A stretch of DNA of 46,946 bases. Source: a candidate division WOR-3 bacterium (GTDB taxonomy: Bacteria; Hydrothermota; Hydrothermia; Hydrothermales; Hydrothermaceae). A program made the position numbers and the translations under genes. The stretch spans positions 1 to 46,946 of the forward strand of contig JBDRZD010000003.1 of the NCBI GenBank assembly GCA_039803745.1, written 5' to 3'. How positions within the stretch are numbered: position 1 is the stretch's first letter; each line of letters starts with the position of its first letter. Below, piece after piece: positions 1 through 9,880 of the stretch. The notes below the pieces were generated by a model. The model worked only from the letters and a program-made list of their open reading frames with translations, was not told the origin of the DNA and searched no databases.

Positions 1-2042
1 ATAGGTATTCCTTCTATATATTTTCTTTCTTTAACGATTCTGGTTATCATTAAATTTATTTTATCACCAAGCGAGTATTTTTTATTTTTTGATAAAAGAG
101 TGAAATTTTCTCTTATAAATTTAAATTTACCCTTTAATTCTCTTAAAGGGATAAAGACATCAACAAGTTCATTTAATAAACTTACATAAAATCCATCCCC
201 TGTAACTTTAGAAATTATTCCCTCAAACACTTCACCCATTTTTTCTTTTAGATAATCAATTGATTTTAAAAGAACAATATCCCACTCTGCTTGCTGGGCT
301 ATCCTTTCCATAATTGTGCTTTTTTCAGCAAAATCTTCTAACTCTTCTTCTTTAAATATTCTTTTATTTTGCATATATCCTTTTAATATGTTATGAATAA
401 CTAAATCAGGGAATCTTCTTATTGGTGAAGTAAAGTGGAGATATTTATCAAGACCCAAGCCATAATGTCCTTTGTTGATAATACTATATTTTGCCTGCTT
501 CATTGATCTTAAAATCATTTTCTTTACTATGAATTCCCTTTCATCTCCTTTTAAATTTTCAATTATGTTTTGCAAATCAAAAATTGAAGAAATTCCATAT
601 TTTAAAATTTTTTCGGGTAATTTATCCTTTAAAAGAAATTTTAATACAAGTTCGAGTTCCTTTAATTTCTGTGGATCCGGTTCTTCATGGATTCTATAAA
701 TAAAAGGATAACCAGATTTTTCAAGATGTAAGGCAATTACTCTGTTTGCAAGAACCATAAATTCTTCAATTAATGAATGGGAAAATAAATTCAATTTTCT
801 TTTTATCTTTTCTATTTTCCCTTCTTTATCAAAGAAAAGCTGTGGTTCAGGCATATCAAAATCAAGAGAACCTCTTTCATGTCTTCTTTCTTTTAAAATA
901 CTTGCAACTTCGCCACATATCTTTAACATCTCATATATTTCTTTATTCAATCTTCTATTTATTTTTTTACCTTCAAGTATATTTTGTGCTTCATCATAAT
1001 TGAGTCTTGCCTTACTTTTTATAATACTTTCAAATACTTCATAATTTTTAATCCTGCCTTTTTTATCAACAAAAATAAAAACAGAAATAGAAAGCCTCTC
1101 TTTTTTGGGAAGGAGACTGCAAAGATTTGAAGAGAGAATCCCGGGAAGCATTGGAATAACTTTGTCAAGAAGATAAAAAGAATTTCCCCTTTTATATGCC
1201 TCCTTAAACAAAGGAGTATCATAAGAAGTGTAGAAGGAAACATCTGCAATATGAACTCCGATTTTAAATCCATTATTAAATCTCTCACAGGATATAGCAT
1301 CATCAAAATCTTTCGCAGTTTCAGGATCTATTGTAAAAAGGGTTAAATTAGTTAAAGAAGTCCTTTCAGGAAATGAATTCATATTCTTAAATTTCTCACA
1401 GAATTTCAAAACTTTATCAGGAAATTCTCTTCTTATCCCAAATTTTTCAATTACCACTTCATAATCAACATGAGGTGAAGAAGCATCTCCTAAAATTTTT
1501 ATTATTTCACAAAAATTACCACCCTTTAAAGGAGCAAATGTAACTCTTAAATTTTCAGAAAGTTCTGCACCTTTTGGTTTCCTGACAATTTCTATTCTCG
1601 GTGGAAATACTCCTTCATCAGGGAATACATAAAAGCCGGAATAATCCTTCAAAACCGTGCCTATAAATTTTCTCTTCATCCTCTCTAAAATCCTTACTAC
1701 CCTCCCCTCTTGCCTCTTACCTTTTCTCTTTTCAAGGATCTCTACTTCCACATAGTCGCCATCAAGGGCACCTGATAAAAATTTACCCGGAATAAAAATA
1801 TCTTCTTTTTCATGTATTAAAAAACCGTAATTTCCTCTTTTTATTTCTATTCTGCCTCTTACCCTAACCCCCTTTTTAAAAATACCTATTCTATCATCTT
1901 TTATATAAATTTGAGGGTAAATTTTAAAAAGATTTTCTAAAGCCCTTTTTGTCCTATTTTCTCCAAATTTTCTTATTAAATATTTAATACTAACATTTTT
2001 CTTTCTTTTAATTATTTTAAATATTTTATCTTCAATACTCAT
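1..2042 (-). CDS. rnr: Ribonuclease R (RNB family), 3' end runs off the window
   Basis: Absent from the ORF track because it has no stop in the window. Manual translation from ATG at 2042 gives cold-shock-like GNYGFL/ALDGD, catalytic LFTIDPETAKDFDDA, HFTSPIRRFPDL and an S1-like C-terminus. Confidence 0.93.
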   Translation of the reverse strand, partial: MSIEDKIFKIIKRKKNVSIKYLIRKFGENRTKRALENLFKIYPQIYIKDDRIGIFKKGVRVRGRIEIKRGNYGFLIHEKEDIFIPGKFLSGALDGDYVEVEILEKRKGKRQEGRVVRILERMKRKFIGTVLKDYSGFYVFPDEGVFPPRIEIVRKPKGAELSENLRVTFAPLKGGNFCEIIKILGDASSPHVDYEVVIEKFGIRREFPDKVLKFCEKFKNMNSFPERTSLTNLTLFTIDPETAKDFDDAISCERFNNGFKIGVHIADVSFYTSYDTPLFKEAYKRGNSFYLLDKVIPMLPGILSSNLCSLLPKKERLSISVFIFVDKKGRIKNYEVFESIIKSKARLNYDEAQNILEGKKINRRLNKEIYEMLKICGEVASILKERRHERGSLDFDMPEPQLFFDKEGKIEKIKRKLNLFSHSLIEEFMVLANRVIALHLEKSGYPFIYRIHEEPDPQKLKELELVLKFLLKDKLPEKILKYGISSIFDLQNIIENLKGDEREFIVKKMILRSMKQAKYSIINKGHYGLGLDKYLHFTSPIRRFPDLVIHNILKGYMQNKRIFKEEELEDFAEKSTIMERIAQQAEWDIVLLKSIDYLKEKMGEVFEGIISKVTGDGFYVSLLNELVDVFIPLRELKGKFKFIRENFTLLSKNKKYSLGDKINLMITRIVKERKYIEGIP

Positions 2043-4103
2043 TTAAAATAACCCCATTTCTTCTTGCTTATAAATATAGACTCTATTCTTACCTTTTCTC
2101 TTTGCAAGATAAAGTGCCTTATCAGCTTTTTCAATAAGCATACCCCTTTTTCTTGCATCTTCAGGAAATCCTGCTACCCCAAAACTTGCAGTGACCTTTA
2201 ACTTTGTCATTTCATCTATATAAAAATCCCATTCTTCAATTATCTTTCTTATCTCTTCACATTTTTTAGTGCCTTCATTTTTAGGCATATCAATACATAA
2301 GGCAAACTCTTCGCCTCCATATCTTGCACAAAAACCAATCCCTTTTATATTATCATCGAGAATTTTTGATATCTCCAGGAGAATTTTATCTCCGGAAGGA
2401 TGTCCATAAAAATCATTCAATTTTTTAAAATCGTCAATATCTAACATTGCAAGTGTAAATGAATTTCCTTTTTGAATTCTCTTTTCAAGAAGTTCCTGAA
2501 AAAATCTGTGGTTATAAAGACCTGTTAAACCATCTCTTTTAGCCATCTCTTTCTCCTTTTCATACATTTCTGCCTTTTCAAGAACTATCTCACATTGATT
2601 TTGAAGGAAATTGAGTATTTCCTTATCATTTTCACTAAAAGTTTCAGAGAAAAAGGAAAGAGAGGAAAAGACATATTTTATTTTTCCATTTATCTTTAAT
2701 GGAACAAAAAAGGCACTTTTAACGCCATAATTTTCTTTATTCAAACATTTTGTTTCCCTTTTTATTCTTTTAAAAATAAGTGGATATTCTGACTCATAGG
2801 AAAATGAAAAAAGGGAATCCTCATTTAAATATATGTATCTATCTTTTATAATTTGCTTTTCATCAAAGATATAACATATTTCTGCTATCTCATCACTTAT
2901 CTTTCTTGAAAATATGAATATGTTGATTTCAAAGATATTTTTACATATTTCAAAAATTTTTTCAAATATTTTTTCTTTCTCTAAAAGCCTTGAAGTTTCT
3001 TTTGCAAGTTCAAAAAGTGCTTTATATCTATTTGCCGATAATTTGCTATCTTTTAGTTCAAAGAAAAATTTAAGGATTATGCTTATATTCTTTGAAATTT
3101 TCTCAAATATGCCGGATAAATCTTCTGAAAAATAACCTGGTGTATCTGAATCCATATATACGAAACCATATAAATTTCCTTCATGTATTATTGGAACTAA
3201 AATACAGGAAGAAACATATATTCCGTCTCTCGTATAGATTCCCAAACTTTTACCATCTGCATTCATTTCGGGAAAGAAAAGAATTTTTTTCTGCTTTATC
3301 CCTAAGGAAATTAATGGAGAATTTTCAGAGATAATGTGAGAAGGCGTAAAATTTTGAACAATTGAGTTCCCTGATTCAAATCTGAACCCAAGTTTTATAT
3401 TATCATAAAATAAGAATAAAAGGGTTTGAGGTTTGTATATATTGAAATAAATCTCACTTAAATAATTTAAAAATCTTTTAAAAAGGGCATATGGTTCCTC
3501 CGGTAAAGGAGTTTCTTTTATTCCAATGTATACTTCTTCTTTTTTTAACTTGAGTGTATCAAAGAAACGCAATTTTGAAGAAAGGTACTCAATCCTTTCA
3601 TCTTTATTTTTAAGCAAATCTTCTAATTTTTTTAAAGAAAATATTAAAAAGGAAGAAAAAATTAAAAATAAAAATGTGAAGGTATCAAAAAACTTTTTAT
3701 TCAAGAAAGAAGGAACGATTTCTGAAAATAGAAAAATAATGAAAAAAAATATTCTATATGAAGTTTTAGGAAGGAAAAGAAGAAAGAAATAATAAGGAAT
3801 CCCTTTTAAAAGCCCATTTAATCCACCAGAAAGATGGGAAATTAAAATATAAATTAAAGAAAAAGGGTAAAGTAAAAATTTAAATTTTTCAAAATAAAAT
3901 TTTAAATAAATGAAGTTTAATAATAGAAGAAGAATAAAAAAGGGTAGCATAAAAGGACTTGTATAGTTTTTGAAGAAAATACCTTTTAAAAGGAAAATAT
4001 TAAAAATAAAGGAAAATATTAAAATTATTATTCCATAATAATTCTTAATTATATAGTTTTTTAATCTTTGTGCCCGGGAAATAAAGCTGAATAATTTTTT
4101 CAT
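2043..4103 (-). CDS. Membrane-anchored GAF-GAF-GGDEF diguanylate cyclase
   Basis: Hydrophobic N-terminus, GAF-like segments, DGLTGLYN, LDIDDFK and RYGGEEF. ATG 4103 has GGGGTGGA upstream (track start 4139); start uncertain. Confidence 0.88.
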   Translation of the reverse strand: MKKLFSFISRAQRLKNYIIKNYYGIIILIFSFIFNIFLLKGIFFKNYTSPFMLPFFILLLLLNFIYLKFYFEKFKFLLYPFSLIYILISHLSGGLNGLLKGIPYYFFLLFLPKTSYRIFFFIIFLFSEIVPSFLNKKFFDTFTFLFLIFSSFLIFSLKKLEDLLKNKDERIEYLSSKLRFFDTLKLKKEEVYIGIKETPLPEEPYALFKRFLNYLSEIYFNIYKPQTLLFLFYDNIKLGFRFESGNSIVQNFTPSHIISENSPLISLGIKQKKILFFPEMNADGKSLGIYTRDGIYVSSCILVPIIHEGNLYGFVYMDSDTPGYFSEDLSGIFEKISKNISIILKFFFELKDSKLSANRYKALFELAKETSRLLEKEKIFEKIFEICKNIFEINIFIFSRKISDEIAEICYIFDEKQIIKDRYIYLNEDSLFSFSYESEYPLIFKRIKRETKCLNKENYGVKSAFFVPLKINGKIKYVFSSLSFFSETFSENDKEILNFLQNQCEIVLEKAEMYEKEKEMAKRDGLTGLYNHRFFQELLEKRIQKGNSFTLAMLDIDDFKKLNDFYGHPSGDKILLEISKILDDNIKGIGFCARYGGEEFALCIDMPKNEGTKKCEEIRKIIEEWDFYIDEMTKLKVTASFGVAGFPEDARKRGMLIEKADKALYLAKRKGKNRVYIYKQEEMGLF

Positions 4104-5280
4104 AATTCCACCCCATTTTTGAGAGCTCTCTTGCTCCATACTGGCATAAACCTATACCATGTCCGAATCCTCTTCCTTTTAAGAGTATTTCATCCCCCCT
4201 TTGGATCAAATCAAACCAAACAGATGGTAAAGGAATATTTTTTACACAGTCACCAAAAAGGATTCTTATTTCATTAGGTTTCAAAATAATATCACCCTTT
4301 TCATGTTCTATTTTCATTTCAATAATTCTTCCTTCCCTGCTTTTTTTAATATCCATTTTTTTAAATATATTTCCGTTCAAATTTATTCCAAAAATTTTAA
4401 AAAAATTATTTTTAATCAAATTTTCAAAATCTTCTCTTTTGTATTTCCTCTCCCATGAATAATAAGGAGAAACTTTACATAAATCCTTTCCGTATAAATT
4501 GCATCTGACATTCCTTAAATAGGGAAGTTCATCCATTGCAGGAAACATATCTTTAAAATTTGCCGTTACTCCTCCACATGTAGAGTGATAAAGGGTAAGT
4601 GCTATCTCATCTTTATAAACACAAACTACACCTCTTGTTGTTTCACAGGCACTGTTTCCCCATGCATCTTCATAGTCCCTACCGAGATAAACCTGATCCT
4701 TTACATCAGCATAAAGATGGAAAGGAGCGTCCTTCCTTTCAAAGTATTTCCTCAATGCATAACTCCTTGCACACACTGCCTGTGCTTTAAAGGCTTCCAC
4801 AAGTGAAGGATCTTTTCTTCCTATTTCTGCTGGTATAACCCCAAAAAGATAATCTTCAAGTTTAACAATGTTTATAACCTTTTCGCCTCTTTCCAGCAAG
4901 ATTTTACCTCTATATCTTTTATTTTCAAATAAAATAAATCCTCCTTCTGCTTCAAATAAGATAGGCGCTTCAAATAAAAAATCCTTACCTTTATAAGAAA
5001 TTAGAACTTCATCAAAAGAAACAAACCTGCATTTTAAAAAATCACCTGCATAAGCGAAATATCTTTTATTCTTTGAAATTACTGTATATTTCGATGTTGC
5101 TGAAATATAAAAATCACCTCTTCCCTCTTTTAAAAGGACTCTGAGAATAGGTTCCCTGAATTCTCTTTTCTTATAAACAATTTTTTTCATTCTTATTTCT
5201 TTTTTTCCTTCAGGCTTTACCTCTATTCTTTTACAAGAAAAAATTAATGAAACTATGAGGAATAAACTTAAAAACCTCAT
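4045..5280 (-). CDS. SpoIID/LytB-domain lipoprotein (lytic transglycosylase-like)
   Basis: Lipobox IFSC, LEDYLFGVIPAE, AFKAQAVCARSY, DQVY, YHSTCGG, GFGHGIGLCQYGA. Confidence 0.9.
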   Translation of the reverse strand: MRFLSLFLIVSLIFSCKRIEVKPEGKKEIRMKKIVYKKREFREPILRVLLKEGRGDFYISATSKYTVISKNKRYFAYAGDFLKCRFVSFDEVLISYKGKDFLFEAPILFEAEGGFILFENKRYRGKILLERGEKVINIVKLEDYLFGVIPAEIGRKDPSLVEAFKAQAVCARSYALRKYFERKDAPFHLYADVKDQVYLGRDYEDAWGNSACETTRGVVCVYKDEIALTLYHSTCGGVTANFKDMFPAMDELPYLRNVRCNLYGKDLCKVSPYYSWERKYKREDFENLIKNNFFKIFGINLNGNIFKKMDIKKSREGRIIEMKIEHEKGDIILKPNEIRILFGDCVKNIPLPSVWFDLIQRGDEILLKGRGFGHGIGLCQYGARELSKMGWNYEKIIQLYFPGTKIKKLYN

Positions 5281-5738
5281 ATATCTATCTTAATTTTTTT
5301 TCTTATATCTTCTAAAAATTTTTCATAATGACTTCCTTGCCAGTATATCTTATTACATCTTGGACAGGTATAAAAAATGTCATGAGTTTCATATACATAA
5401 TGGGGAACCTTGCCCTTTACTTTCTCTTTTGAAATACTCACAACCTCTTCATTACAAAGTGAACATCTTGTAAATGGTTTTAATGATTCTTCAAGTGATA
5501 ACATTTGAATAATGAAATTTAAAGCATCCCAGAAAGGCATCTCCGGCAAAAATAAAATATTATTCTTAAATTTTCTTTTGAGTTTTTTATTTCTTGTTAT
5601 CAAAATTCTTCCTCTAATCTTCTCAAATGCAATAGAGCCTTTTATTATCTCTGTGTCAAAACCTAAAAGTCTTAACCATTTACCATGTTTTACACATGTT
5701 GCATCTACAGCCAATTTTATCTTTTTATCATTTTGCAT
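5277..5738 (-). CDS. Mut7-C RNase (PIN-like) domain protein with Zn ribbon
   Basis: KWLRLLGFDT, FTRCSLCN, CPRCNKIYWQGSH. Confidence 0.85.
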   Translation of the reverse strand: MQNDKKIKLAVDATCVKHGKWLRLLGFDTEIIKGSIAFEKIRGRILITRNKKLKRKFKNNILFLPEMPFWDALNFIIQMLSLEESLKPFTRCSLCNEEVVSISKEKVKGKVPHYVYETHDIFYTCPRCNKIYWQGSHYEKFLEDIRKKIKIDI

Positions 5739-6283
5739 AATCTTTTTACCTTTCTTTTTAAATCAGATAATGTGCCTCTATTATCAACACATATATCCGC
5801 CCTTTTAATTTTTTCATCCTGCGAAAAACAGGAATTTATCATACTCTTTATTATATCTTCTTTGAATCCTTTCTTTTTCATTCTTTCATAAATTGAAGAT
5901 AAATCACTTGTAACAGTTATAATTAAGTCAAATTTTTCTTCTGTTGAAAGTTCAAATAAAAGTGTCCCTTCCACTACGATATACGGAAAATTAATATTCT
6001 GGATGAGCCCGAAAATCCTTTCAAGAAGCAGTGGATGAATAAATGACTCAAATCTTCTTTTCTTTTCCAAATTTTCAAAAATTATTTCTGCCACTTCTTT
6101 TCTTGTTATCCCCTTTTTATTGAAAATTTTCTCAATTTCCTCTCTATTTTCTTCAAATATCTCGTGAGCTATCTTATCTCCTTCTATTATAAAAAATCCT
6201 TCCTCTTCAAATACTTTCAAAACTTCTGTTTTTCCACAGCCGGGAAGTCCTGTAATCCCTATTAAAAATTTTTTATTCCCCAA
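5717..6283 (-). CDS. coaE: Dephospho-CoA kinase
   Basis: IGITGLPGCGKT P-loop, HP motif, LLFE, DNRG; TTG start. Confidence 0.88.
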   Translation of the reverse strand: MGNKKFLIGITGLPGCGKTEVLKVFEEEGFFIIEGDKIAHEIFEENREEIEKIFNKKGITRKEVAEIIFENLEKKRRFESFIHPLLLERIFGLIQNINFPYIVVEGTLLFELSTEEKFDLIITVTSDLSSIYERMKKKGFKEDIIKSMINSCFSQDEKIKRADICVDNRGTLSDLKRKVKRLCKMIKR

Positions 6284-7889
6284 CTTTTTTTAAAAGATTT
6301 TTGTTTTTTGGATCAAATTTAAGAGCCTTTTTATAAAATTCTTTTGCACGGTTAACATCACCGAGTTTCATGAGGACATCTCCATAATGTTCAAAAATTA
6401 CAGGGTCGGAATCAAGAACCTGGAGAGCATTATATAAATAATCCTTTGCTTTTTCATACTCGCCCATTTTGTAATAAACCCATCCCATGCTATCAAGATA
6501 GTATCCATTATTTGGTTCGATCTGGAGCGCTTTTTCAATTAATTTCATAGCCAGTTCAAGTTTTATGCCTCTTTCTGCAAGCATATATCCCCAATAATTA
6601 TATGCGCTCGCATTAAGAGAATCAATCTTTATTACTTTTTCAAAACATTTCTCGGCATTCTCGACCATATTTAAGGATTCATATATCATACCAAGTTCAA
6701 ACCATTTATTTGAATTTAAAGAATCATATTTTAAAGATTTTTTATAAAAATTTATTGCCTTCTTTTTATCCTTCGTTTGTGAAAAGAAAAAACCTGCGAG
6801 GTAATTTATACCCGGGTCGTCCGAATACCTTTTCAAAGCATTTTTTATTTCGTAAAAAACTTCCTTTCTTTCTTTTTTTATTATCATTAAGAATATTTTA
6901 TAGCTGAGATACTCAGGAACATTGGGATTTATACTTATTGCCTTTTTTATATAATTTAAAGCTTTATCATATTGAGAAAGTTTATAATATATCCGTGCCA
7001 TATAATAATAAGAAAGGTCATCATCAGGATTAAACTCAATTGAGAGTAGAAGATTTTTCATTGCACCAGTTAAATCATTATTTTCATACAAAAGATAACC
7101 TTTTAATCTTAAATACTCAGGGTCTGTGCCTTTATAAGAAAGAAGAATATCACATATTGAATCAGCTTTTTTGAAATCATTTTTTTGAATAAGAATATGA
7201 ATTATATTTCTTTTGATTTCCAGGTCATCTTTTCTAAGACTGTCCAGTTTTAAAAAATAAAAAAAACTCTTATCATAATCATTAAGCCTTTGATAGGTGT
7301 TTGCCATTAAAACAAAATCTCCCTCATTTTTTGTTTTTAAATTTTCAAGTATTTCCACACCTTCATTTAATTTCCCATTTTCAATTAGAATTCTAGCCTT
7401 TAATCTCAAAATATTCTCACTTTCCTTAAAATAATTTTCAAAAAGTTCTATTATTTCAAGAGCTTTCTTTTTATCTTTTCTCAAAATCTCCATATTTATT
7501 AAAAATTCCACATCTTTTTCTTCCAAAGGTATAAAACTTAAAAAATAATTCCTTAAAGAATCGTAAACTTTTTCTTCTCTTTCTATCAAAGCACAAGCCA
7601 TTATATAACCCGTTATTTCTTTTGAAAAATTAATTTTATCTTTATATTTTTTATAAACATTTATCACATCATCATATTTTTTAAATAAATATAAGAATCT
7701 TATGTATTCTTCTAAATACCTTTCTTTAGGGTAAAAAGAAATTAAAAGTTTTAAGGCTTTTTCTGCTTTATCAAATTGTGAAAAATTGTAATAGTTTTGA
7801 TATAAAAGATATAAATAATCTTCATCAATTTTTTTTTGAAAATAAATACAGGATAAAAAAAGAATAAAAATTAGAGCAGTTTTTCTCAT
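6273..7889 (-). CDS. Tetratricopeptide-repeat protein, probably an envelope lipoprotein
   Basis: FLSC lipobox-like signal, multiple TPRs, NYWGYMLA...YLDSMGW...EHYGD. Confidence 0.82.
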   Translation of the reverse strand: MRKTALIFILFLSCIYFQKKIDEDYLYLLYQNYYNFSQFDKAEKALKLLISFYPKERYLEEYIRFLYLFKKYDDVINVYKKYKDKINFSKEITGYIMACALIEREEKVYDSLRNYFLSFIPLEEKDVEFLINMEILRKDKKKALEIIELFENYFKESENILRLKARILIENGKLNEGVEILENLKTKNEGDFVLMANTYQRLNDYDKSFFYFLKLDSLRKDDLEIKRNIIHILIQKNDFKKADSICDILLSYKGTDPEYLRLKGYLLYENNDLTGAMKNLLLSIEFNPDDDLSYYYMARIYYKLSQYDKALNYIKKAISINPNVPEYLSYKIFLMIIKKERKEVFYEIKNALKRYSDDPGINYLAGFFFSQTKDKKKAINFYKKSLKYDSLNSNKWFELGMIYESLNMVENAEKCFEKVIKIDSLNASAYNYWGYMLAERGIKLELAMKLIEKALQIEPNNGYYLDSMGWVYYKMGEYEKAKDYLYNALQVLDSDPVIFEHYGDVLMKLGDVNRAKEFYKKALKFDPKNKNLLKKVGE

Positions 7890-7891
7890 TA

Positions 7892-8632
7892 TTAAATCTC
7901 AATGTCCTCAGGAATCAGTTCTGTACCACATTCTTCACAGAAATAACTATCAGGAGGGTTCTCATGACCACATTTTGGACAGATAATTGTTTTCTTCTTT
8001 TCCTCCCCTTTACCCAGTTCATCCATAAACTTCTCCTCAACAAGAAATTCCTCTTTTTCTTTCTTCTTTGGTTTTTCTTCGGGGATAGGCTTAAGACTTT
8101 CTTCAAGTATGCTCTCCAGTTCTTCAAGTTCTTCTATAGCCTCTTCAGCAGGGGGTGAGGGAGGAGATTTCTTAACAGAAACTTCAGGAGTCTTTACTTC
8201 TTTAATTACTTCTTTTTCTTCCAGAATTTCCTTTAAAAAACGCATCTTTTCATCAAGTTCTTTCACTTTTTCTTTAATAGATTCAATTTCAATTCTTTTT
8301 TCCTTTTCAAGTTCTCTAAACACGCTTTCTTCATATTCTCCTACCATATACCTGAGTTTTGCCTCTTCTAATTCATCTTCATGAGCAGATTTTTCTTTTA
8401 AATATCCTATCTTTGCCTTTTCATACTGGGAATACAGTCTCCTTACGGTCTCTTTTTTCTGTTCGATGACGGAATTAAGTTTTTCTAGTCTTGCATTATA
8501 ATCTTCGTATACTTTTTTAAAAATAGTAGGTTTTGTTTTATCCCTTAATGATCTTAACTTATCTAATCTCGCTTTGATCTCCCTCTTTTGTTCTAAAAGC
8601 TCTCTTAACTCATTAAGTTCCTGAGATTCCAA
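7892..8632 (-). CDS. Coiled-coil protein with C-terminal zinc ribbon
   Basis: Long E/K-rich helical region, Pro-rich linker, CPKC...CEEC; TTG start with GGAGG. Confidence 0.75.
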   Translation of the reverse strand: MESQELNELRELLEQKREIKARLDKLRSLRDKTKPTIFKKVYEDYNARLEKLNSVIEQKKETVRRLYSQYEKAKIGYLKEKSAHEDELEEAKLRYMVGEYEESVFRELEKEKRIEIESIKEKVKELDEKMRFLKEILEEKEVIKEVKTPEVSVKKSPPSPPAEEAIEELEELESILEESLKPIPEEKPKKKEKEEFLVEEKFMDELGKGEEKKKTIICPKCGHENPPDSYFCEECGTELIPEDIEI

Positions 8633-9527
8633 AATGCACCTCCTTTTTTAAAAAAACTTTCATAAGTCCTGTCAAAAATAAAAGCCTTCCATTACAAATC
8701 TTTGTTTGCTTTTCCTTCTGCAACATAAATAAATCATAAATAAAATCGTAAATAAACTTTTCATTAACAAATTGTTTTCTATTATTATAAAGTCTTTTCA
8801 TCATAATATTCAAAAGAAAATTAATTTCCTCTTCTTTATACATTAAATTATAAAGTTTTTTCAAAAAGGTATGAATTTTTTCACCAGGCTTTATGGAATC
8901 AACGAACTCCTTTAAAGAATACCTTTCTTTTAAAATATCCTTTAAATAGGAAATTGAGGAGATGGACTTTTCTTCGGAAGCCAGTGAAAGAACTTGCACT
9001 ATATTGTTCATAATACCCAAATCCTTTTTACTTAATTCAAGTATAAATCGAATTATCTTGGGTGAAACTATCTTCCCATTTTTTGAAAACTCTTTTGAAA
9101 TCCATCTGTATCCTTCATTTTCTTCAACTCCATCAAAACTGTAAATTTCATACTTATTTAAATTTAAAAAAACTTGTTTATTATATTCTGTTTCCGAAAT
9201 AAGAAGAACTAAAATATTATTTGATCTATCCTCTTCTATATTTTTTAAAAAAATTTTAAGATAAGCAGGAATTTTATCAAGATATAGTACAAAAACTTTT
9301 CTCTTTGGTGAAAATACATCCGGTTCAGAAAATTTTTTTAGAAATTCTTCTCTCTTGTCCTGTGTTTTTATATCATCAAGAATATAAAAATGGTATTCAG
9401 AATTTGTGCTCTTACACAAGGCTTCCCATGCCTTTTTCATAAGATAAGTATCTTTTCCCTCAAATATAATAATTTTTTTTATTTCTCCTTTTTTTAAATC
9501 GTCAAAAAAATCTTTATAATTTTTCAT
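8613..9527 (-). CDS. holA: Probable DNA polymerase III delta subunit (divergent)
   Basis: About 300 aa; IIIFEGKDTYL, PDVFSPKR, WISKEFSKNGKIVS pattern typical of HolA. Confidence 0.65.
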   Translation of the reverse strand: MKNYKDFFDDLKKGEIKKIIIFEGKDTYLMKKAWEALCKSTNSEYHFYILDDIKTQDKREEFLKKFSEPDVFSPKRKVFVLYLDKIPAYLKIFLKNIEEDRSNNILVLLISETEYNKQVFLNLNKYEIYSFDGVEENEGYRWISKEFSKNGKIVSPKIIRFILELSKKDLGIMNNIVQVLSLASEEKSISSISYLKDILKERYSLKEFVDSIKPGEKIHTFLKKLYNLMYKEEEINFLLNIMMKRLYNNRKQFVNEKFIYDFIYDLFMLQKEKQTKICNGRLLFLTGLMKVFLKKEVHFGISGT

Positions 9528-9880
9528 TTTTCTTTAATTTTATATAAATCTTTAAGTATATTTTCAAGTTCCTCTTTAATTTGTTTTAAGAAATTTATAT
9601 CTATCTTTTGTAAAGGTAAAGCGAGTTGTTCATCTTCTTCTTTATAAGTTATTACTTTTTTTCTTGCACCCTCTATTGTAAAACCTTCATCATATAATAG
9701 TTTTTTTATATATAAAACAAGTTTTATATCAGACGGTGTATAAAGCCTCCTCCCCCTTATTTTTTTTGGTTTTAAACCAGGAAACTCTTGCTCCCAGTAT
9801 CTTAAAATATAATCTTTAACTCCTGTTAATTGAGTTACTTCGCTTATGGTATAATAATTCTTTTTAAATTCCAATTTCAC
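9524..9880 (-). CDS. MerR-family HTH regulator
   Basis: YYTISEV...ILRYWEQEF...GRRLY...LLYDEGFTIEGA. Confidence 0.9.
   Translation of the reverse strand: MKLEFKKNYYTISEVTQLTGVKDYILRYWEQEFPGLKPKKIRGRRLYTPSDIKLVLYIKKLLYDEGFTIEGARKKVITYKEEDEQLALPLQKIDINFLKQIKEELENILKDLYKIKEK

Noticed and set aside
472-1306. Short ORFs 472-699, 773-1003 and 1019-1306
   Set aside because: They are antisense or alternate-frame shadows inside rnr, which the track missed because it runs off the edge
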